DNA from: Octopus vulgaris
Taxonomy: Eukaryota
Length of the DNA: 64,000 bases
Direction: 5' to 3'
NCBI GenBank assembly: GCA_951406725.2
Contig: OX597818.1
Span: 73,842,001-73,906,000, forward strand
Of the stretch, positions 53,001 through 64,000 are shown piece after piece (the stretch's first letter is position 1; the number at the start of each line of letters is the position of its first letter). Below the pieces are notes generated by a model that saw nothing but the letters and a program-made list of their open reading frames with translations, was not told where the DNA came from and did not search any database. The position numbers and the translations under genes are program-made.

Positions 53001-53434
53001 TTCAAATTCACCTTACGTTAATTTAATTATTCTAAATATTTTGAAATACTTGTTCTGCCTTGGTTTTTGATTTCTTCTCTAATATAATATGTACTTCAAA
53101 ATTTAAATTTATTTTGTCAAAATATTTTCGTCGCTTTGAGACCGCGACCTGTTCACTGACAAAATTTAAACGTTGAAGTCAATCTAATGGATTTTGTGTG
53201 TTTCTTATATGGCTTATAAACACCTTCCACGCTGCAATTGTTTTCGTCCCAGCACACGATCTCAGATCAGGTCACTTGCTAAGCAAGTACATCTCCGTAA
53301 TATGTACTTGTTATAACGGAATCTTAACACGGATCCCTAGATTCAGCCTTAGCTGTGAACGTCGACCAACTGTAACACCACTTACTCAGCGTAAATATTC
53401 GTTTAGATCATACGTGATATAAATCTCTCACATT

Positions 53435-53479
<45 letters not shown>

Positions 53480-53519
53480 ATGCGTGTGTGTATAAATGTA
53501 TGTATGTATGTGTCATCTC

Positions 53520-53715
53520 TGTGTGTCTTTATGTTTATGTCTGTCTTCACTCCACTAACGCTTGATAGCTGATGTTAGTGCGTTTTCTTTCCCGTACCTT
53601 AACTATTCGGCAAAAGAAATCGATAGGATAGGCACCAGGCTTATAATAAACACTAGGTCGATCTATTCGACTAAAATTTCTTCAAGATGGTGCCCCAGCA
53701 TAGCGGCAGTCTCAC
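53520..53715 (+). mobile_element. Degenerate 3' half of the bipartite SINE
   Basis: cgcttgatagctgatg...ttcggcaaaagaaatcgatagg...ggtgccccagcatagcggcagtc. Confidence 0.65.
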
Positions 53716-54812
53716 TGTTGGAAGAAGGAAAAGCTAAACGAGATATACCACCAAATCACATTCGATTTCTCCAAACTCAGTAAATTTGTAAAAATTAAGC
53801 CCTGAGCTTGAACTGCTAGAATGAAATGAAGAGTGGTTGGATTATGTATATTCTCTGAATCAAAATTCCGAGGACAATAAATCCTGCTTATAAATATCAT
53901 TTGTTTCACTTCATATTTCAAATGACTGCAGTACAAGCTATGCGGTATAGGTCATGTAAAGCTCAGCCCGTTTAACAATTACTACTCCTGTATCTTGTTC
54001 TCCAAATTTCTAGATGTTTTCCCCATACTAACTTCATTGAAGTGGCAGCAAGTTTCAAAACTCTTGTTGCCATCCGCATGCTAACTTAAGGAGAGAGTAA
54101 GTCTGACGAATTCAACAGCACTGATGATCACATAATCGACGAAATGGAAGATAATGAACTACAGGTCTCTATATATATGTAAGCCTGTATGTGTGTATGT
54201 ATGTATATACATGCAGAGAGATAGAGAGATATGTAAAATGTTGTTAGGATAGGTGTACGAGCTTATGGGCGAAAGATGCGTGCTTCAGTGTGTGCGTGCG
54301 TATGTCAAAGAAAATATAGGTTACTATGTACGAGTTATGATGAACATTCAGCATTTGCAGCATTATAAATAGCTGTAACGTCCTACGATTTGCATTTAAT
54401 TGCGCACCACAGTAAAACTAGTTGTACCCCAGGGCATTGACATTTCTAAACACTTCATCACACACACTCACACACACACACATACATATAGACACACATA
54501 TACACACATACATATATATGTATATATCAAATGCTCTATAAAGTTTATAATATTACCTTTGGCCATATATTTGTTTCAAATATCATTTCGTGGTGTAAGT
54601 TAAATGTCGCCTGAATGGTAGTGAGTAACCGGAAGCACATTTTACGTGAGTGAAAGACAAATATCAATCACCAATGTGTATGAAAGTAGGCAATTGTGGA
54701 TCGCAAATATATCAGTTATAATATATCGGTTCATCATCCATCTAGACATACGTGAAATGCCAAGTACTTTGTCAATATTGCTTGTACGATAATTCTGATG
54801 TTGTATACACAC

Positions 54813-54867
<55 letters not shown>

Positions 54868-54898
54868 CCCCTCTATCTATCTATGTCTATATATGTAT

Positions 54899-56852
<1,954 letters not shown>

Positions 56853-57280
56853 AAATAATAGCAGGAAAATTGCATCAAAAAATCATCACAGAAAATATAC
56901 GTCATGAAGAATATGAAAACTGTCATAAAAATAGCCGTTTACTGACCAAATATAGAGTAAATTAATGTAATTTTGAAATTATTATATTTAAAATCAGTGT
57001 GCTGTACGTTACAGGTGTACAAGATCAAATTTTAAGAAGGAATATTTCTGGCATTCATCCAATGGATAATTTATATTATGTGAATATCTGTATACTCAAA
57101 ATAATTCAAATTTAATTTATTTTTTCCTACTTGTAACAAGCTAACCAGTATATGAAAAGTAAGAAAAATAAGATATTAATGTGAATCTTTACTTATGATT
57201 TATGATTTTGTTTAAAGTTTTATAAAACCTGTCTTCCATTGGATAATGCTCGCTACTGTATATATATATATCTATATCTA

Positions 57281-57384
<104 letters not shown>

Positions 57385-58624
57385 AGTGCATCCATTAAAT
57401 GGACGTTAGTAAGACTTTACGTCTGATTCTACACCTGAACTACCATCCTCATGGAAACCATACGTACATGAGTGAAAATGAGTGCGACATTGTATAACAA
57501 GGCCGAGCCCCTGAATTTCAGGTACGATCCATTGGATTATACGTATCATCCATCTGCAACATTGTACACAGTTTCTACAGATTACTTTCCCTTATAATGT
57601 ATGGTTTGACGCATGTTTGTAAAAGTTACACTTGCTCAAGCTGTTGGGAACCGAATCCATAACTGAGACGTTATCATTATGTAGTGATCTTGTTTTTCCT
57701 GGAATCATACCGCAATAATTATGAACCTCATGCAAAAGAAGTAATAATGAATTTAAAATGGCATGTGTATCATCATAGTGACAGGCAAATTTTGTTACGG
57801 TATTTGTCCTGAGCTAATATATCATATGAATGTTCTGTGTTTATAAACACAAAATAGATCGAAGGCAGAGGAAAACCGTCTGAGCGGCAGCCAATGAGAA
57901 TTAGCCAGACATGCATATTACATTAACACTGACAAGACAATTTTTTTGCCTCCGATGTATTATTTGTAAACACTGCACATCCATGTAATATATTATCTTA
58001 GAAAGAATACAACAGTAAACTACCCTATTTCGATGTGTCTAACATTAAATATGATATACATATAACTGTTATTTACCATATGTCATAAGTTACTTCAGCG
58101 CACATGTCCAGTTTGGGCAACATCAAGCATTTCTACTGACATAATGGTCCAGCTATCTGTTGCAATGTTTCCGCCATCGGTCTGTATGATAATGCAAACA
58201 CGGATAATCTCAAAAACAGTGGCCTAAAAACTACACTCATCCCAACAAAAATCTGAAGGGAAGATTATCTAATTCACCCTGTGTAATAGAATTTACAAAT
58301 GAGGAAATCCACCTGCATACCGAGACTATGGTTGCTATGTCGGTTGCGCCTAACATACTACACTTGACAGCAGCCAACTCTTTGTAAACAAAAGCTAAAA
58401 TGTCTTCGTTAGTAAGGCTAGAAAAACGGGAAAAAAAACGAAAAAGTATAACTTAAATTCATACATTTAAAGGGGTTACATCGAAACATATCTTAACATA
58501 ACGCAGACTTTGTATCTAGGACTATAATACAGCAAATTTAGTCTCAGTTTTTCATTGGAATTGCAATAATAGCTAAGGGTATAATTGAATGTTATTTTCA
58601 AAACAATATCGTTTTCTCTTCATA

Positions 58625-58845
58625 TAGCCGCGTACTGGCAGAATCTTTAACACAAAGGACAGAATGCTTAGCGGTGTTTTGTCTGTCTTTACGTTCTTAG
58701 TGCAAATGCTGCCGAAGTCGAATTTGCCTTTCATTGTTTCAGGCTCGATAAAATAAATACCAGTTGAACACTGCGGTTGACGTAATCGGCTTATCTTCAT
58801 TCCTGTATTAGCTGATATTGTGCCCCAAATTGCAACCAGTATTTC
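58625..58845 (+). mobile_element. tRNA-derived SINE, degenerate copy of the 60972-61204 family
   Basis: ctggcagaatc.ttaacac...gtcgaatttgcctttcat...cgataaaataaataccag. Confidence 0.65.
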
Positions 58846-60499
58846 TGTATTGATATGTGTGTGTTTGCCTATACATGCATACATATATACGTATGTATGT
58901 ATGTATGTATGTATGTATGTATGTATGTATGTATGTATGTATGTATGTATGTTTATATGCATGTATGTATGTATGTATGTATGTCTATATGCATGTATGT
59001 ATGTATCACAAGAAGATGACATTAAGAGAAATTGCTCAAACAATGTAGTCATTAAATAATGTTTTATTTTTAATGTTGCATTTCTATTTCTTTATCATTA
59101 TATTATACATTTCATCATATTCACAAAAAAGCTATTGTGTCTGTTATGTTCGGAAATATTTCTTTTGCACCACCGCCTCCACCACCACCACTCTTAAAAT
59201 CATCACATCAGCATCAGGATAAATACTAATGGCAATTTTATTGCAAAGAGATATTCTTGTTATATTTGGGCAAAATTAATAGATATAATTTTTAAATGAA
59301 CGTAACTGACTGCTGCCGAAAACCTGTGTATTTGTCAACAATTTGCAAATAATGTAAGCCCCACTTGTATTATCTGTTCCATTTGAAAATAAATATTTTT
59401 GATACGTGGAAACATCATTGTCGTATTTACGTATTTCTAAACAAAAATTATTCTTAGAATTCATTGTATAAACTATTCAAGACACAAAAATACTATATTG
59501 TATTTTTCATCTTAAGTAGGCACTTAATATCTCTCAGAAGAGCAAGAAATGGCAGTGAATCATTTATTCAATGATACATTGAGGACAATCTAAGTACACT
59601 TTTACAAATTTTTTTTTAATATGTATATTCATATGTATAGTTTATATTTTTTTTAAACTGACATGATAAGACAAAGGCGAATCAAAATGGCCGCCAATTT
59701 CTGATTTGAATCTTTGTGAATTGTAGTTTTTAATTTTTTTTTCGGTTCCATACTTTCTGTCTGCACTATGCTCTTTAGATGTACTAGTATTTACTTCGTC
59801 ATGTAATGCAAACACAAGATTGAACACAAAAATGTTCATTATATAATTTAGACAGAATAAGACACCTTCAGCTTTTTGGACCCTCCGTATGTAATGAGAT
59901 TTATGCCCAACTAAAATATTTGAAAGCTACACGTGGTCTGGAGGAAATTGAAGTAATGCAGTGAAGGTATGCAAGAAAATGAATAATCGAAAACGAAAAG
60001 TTAGATATTTGTAGATTATCCTTGTTGTTATTTAATCCTGTATCTTGCTACATTGAGAACACTGATGAATAACCGTGTTCTAGATATGGCTACCACATCA
60101 TATTTCAAGAATAGTGATTTTTACCATTAAATCATTTGTAGGATCTATTCCTATCATTCATTTAATAAGAGAGCAAGATGTATTCTGAGAGAGAGGTTGA
60201 TAGTGTTTCTAGTAGTTTTAAATCACCACGTAGAATTCGTTAACTGTCTTGTGTTTGTAGTATAACCTGTAGTGCCTCGAAAAGCAAAATTGATTTAAGC
60301 GGTAAAATATGTTGTGATAGAAGTTTGTAATAGAAGCGAATTGTTAGTTTTGCTGTTTATATTTTGAGGATACTCGCTGGTTAAATCAGCTGGATTACTG
60401 ATGGAACCCAGAATTTTAGTATTTAAATTGAAAGCAAATGCAGCTCTTAATAACAACTTGGATTACATCATGCTTGTACGATCAATTGTGTGTGTGTGT

Positions 60500-60610
60500 G
60501 TGTGCGTGCGCATGCGTGTGTGTGCGTGCGCATGCGTGTGTGTGCGTGCGCATGCGTGTGTGTGCGTGCGCATGCGTGTGTGTGCGTGCGCATGCGTGTG
60601 TGTGCGTGTG
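60500..60610 (+). repeat. 20-bp tandem repeat (gtgtgtgtgcgtgcgcatgc), about 5 units
   Basis: Direct reading. Confidence 0.9.
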
Positions 60611-60864
60611 TGTATGAAAAAAATATTCACTGATGTTGAAGTTAGGAAGTATTAAGGAGTATCAGTATATATTAAGACATTCATATTACAAAATTATAAA
60701 TAGGCAGAAATGCTACATTGGGTAAAATAGTTTTTCAACTTGATTCCATTTGTAGCGTTCTAATTTCGAACACTTTCCTTCCCCGTTTTCACCTGTGAGC
60801 GTTTATATTTTTATAGATCCTCCTGAGATGATTGTCAATGTACTTTTTTTTTTGGGGGGGGGCA

Positions 60865-61204
60865 GTCGATTAGATCGACCCCAGTACTTAATATATCTAC
60901 CTTGAAAGGATGAAAGGCAGAGTTGACCTCGGCGGAATTTCAAGTCAGAAGGTAAAGACAGACGAAATACCTATTTCTTTATTACCCACAAGGGGCTAAA
61001 CATAGAGGGGACAAACAAGGACAGACAAACGGATTAAGCCGATTACATTGACCCCAGTGCGTAACTGGTACTTAATTTATCGACCCCGAAAGGATGAAAG
61101 GCAAAGTCGACCTCGGTGGCATTTGAACTCAGAACATAACGGCAGACGAAATATGTCTATGCATTTCGCCCGGCGTGCTAACGATTCTGCCAGCTCGCCG
61201 CCTT
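60865..61204 (-). mobile_element. tRNA-derived SINE (60972-61204) adjacent to or nested in an older partial copy (60865-60971)
   Basis: Minus-strand head aaggcggcgagctggcagaatcgttagcacgccggg; the central aggtcgactttgcctttcatcc motif occurs twice. Confidence 0.8.
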
Positions 61205-62855
61205 GTATATTCGTCAATGTAATTACTTTGACGCCATTAAAATAGATACCTCTCATTCCTTTATGTACTTAATTCAACTAATTGTACCACAATTCTAAAA
61301 AGTCCTATGGTAGAATGTTACAACTAAATTATTACATCCACACACCCTGTTTTTTTTGTGAGATGTGATTTGTACTTCTCCCGTTCTGGCAAATGTGCGT
61401 TTTTGTTGTGGTGATAGTGGAGGATTTCCCCTTGTTCCACATTTTGCTTTTAGCTACTCAATCAACTGAATTGCTTATTCTTCAATTAACATCACTGTAG
61501 CTGAATCATCCACAGAAATGTGTACCATTAAAATCATTCCCAGGCAGAATCACATAGTGTATGGCGGGGTTGTACCAATTGAATTATGCATGCAAACAAT
61601 CGTGCGAGCTTTTAAACAGATTCTGCCAACCGATTTCATGTACAAGATATGAGTCTAACAGAGAAAATGTTAGTTATACAAGATACCAGGCTATGGGATT
61701 AATACCGAAACTTCGTGGTTGGAAAATGAATTTCTTAACCATTAGACCATGCTTCGCCTACGTATTCAGTGCAATAAACGCTTATTATTAAGTATCAAAA
61801 AAGTGTTGCGCAGGCAGAATCGTTATTGCAACAAACAAACTGGTTGGTGCCAATTCTTCTGGCAATTTATCTTCTGAGTTCAACATAACTACCAGTCAAA
61901 TACTGAAGTTGATGTAATTGAATTGCCTCCTTCCTACCTAAATGCTGACCTGATGCCAAAACTTTAAACCAGTGTTAAATATTAGTTATTATTTACCACC
62001 AAACATGATGAAATATATTTTTATAAAAATCATTATAGATGGGTAATGGATAATAGAAGTGGGTAGAATGCCAGGCAAAATTTGTGTCACTATACCTAGC
62101 TTGATGAATTTACATTCGGCGTTGAATTCCTGCTATGGTTCCAATCATAATACACATTACAGCAGCAACAAAGAGTAAGGGTGGTAGAAGTAGTGTCTAT
62201 TTTTTGACACTGAATGTCTTGTTCATCTGAAATTATATATTGCTATTCTAAATTTATAAAGCTTCCACAAAACACACCCCAGGATATGTGAGTTGATGTA
62301 GCTTTTATTAAAACAGACGGTTTCCTGAGAGTTTGACTGTCGAAATTGAATGAATGATTTTTCAACGTATCGCGATATTATTAAAGATTTAATTAAACCA
62401 AATACTAAGAAGAAATCAAGATTATCATCGAACTGGCTTATAAGAAGATGGTTTGAATTTTAGCATTGTAGAATACATCACTAACTAGTGTTGTGAATGC
62501 AATAGAATGTTAAGCCACTACATTGTGAAATCACACTTTGTTTTCTGAAGCATGAATACGGATATACACAAGTTGTGTGTACTTGCATGACTGAATTTTG
62601 CAGCATGCATATATTCATCTCGGTCAGTCATAACCTGACGAATGTACCAAGAGAAAGGCATATCGATGTGTAAAACACACATAAACGCACACACACTCAG
62701 GCACATTCACACATACAAAAACACATATACCCACAGAAAGACACACAATCACACACACACTTATATAGGCATATTCAGAGAGAGAGAGAGAGAGAGAAGA
62801 AGAAGAGAGATTATATATGACCATTTTAAATATATACATACTCAGAATTCATACA

Positions 62856-62889
<34 letters not shown>

Positions 62890-62947
62890 ATTATATTATA
62901 TTATATTATATTATATTATATTATATTATATTATATTTTTATTATAT

Positions 62948-62990
<43 letters not shown>

Positions 62991-62997
<7 letters not shown>

Positions 62998-63268
62998 ATC
63001 ACGTGACCGACCAGTCCATCAGATGTAGTTACACATCGCTGGTCACAATGCGTTCGCATTGTTTTAGCCTTCGTTTGACGCCACCCCGCTTGCTAAGCGA
63101 GCAGGCCAACAGAAGAAAAAGTGGGAGAAAGAGTGGTGAAAGAGTACAGCAGGGATCACCCCCCCACCTGCTGGAGCCTCGTGGAGCTTTTAGGTGTTTT
63201 CGCTCAATAAACACTCACAACGCCCGGTCTGGGAATCGAAACCGCGATCCTACTGGGCCATTGCGCCT
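62991..63268 (-). mobile_element. Second copy of the CGTGAT-tailed tRNA-SINE, with a deletion in the tRNA head
   Basis: Reverse complement of 27195-27501, lacking the ggttagggcagcggactcgcgg segment. Confidence 0.88.

Positions 63269-64000
<732 letters not shown>

Noticed and set aside
59640-59890. Possible Tc1-like end (ctttttggaccctccgta)
   Set aside because: No matching second TIR or transposase remnant identified.

Overview
AT-rich, microsatellite-saturated eukaryotic DNA. The repeat content is most consistent with an octopod cephalopod (inference from SINE and LINE content, not a database result). I found no intact protein-coding gene; most listed ORFs are translations of (AT)n, (GT)n, (TAA)n, (GAA)n or (TAG)n tracts. 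The window is a nest of decayed mobile elements: five R4/Dong-clade RLE LINE pieces at TAA/GAA repeats, a non-coding TAA-targeted retroposon, several Penelope-like elements (PLEs; RT plus GIY-YIG, pseudo-LTRs, inverted insertions), RTE and CR1/L2 LINE fragments, mariner/Tc1 fragments, a probable Helitron and several tRNA-derived SINE families. The strongest non-coding signal is a set of PLE-associated type I hammerhead ribozymes. Several carry a compensatory U3-A8 core (UUGANAA instead of CUGANGA), and one pair sits in a long inverted repeat. There are also several long fold-back hairpins and a candidate spliced, apparently non-coding transcript on the minus strand at about 29.3-31.6 kb.
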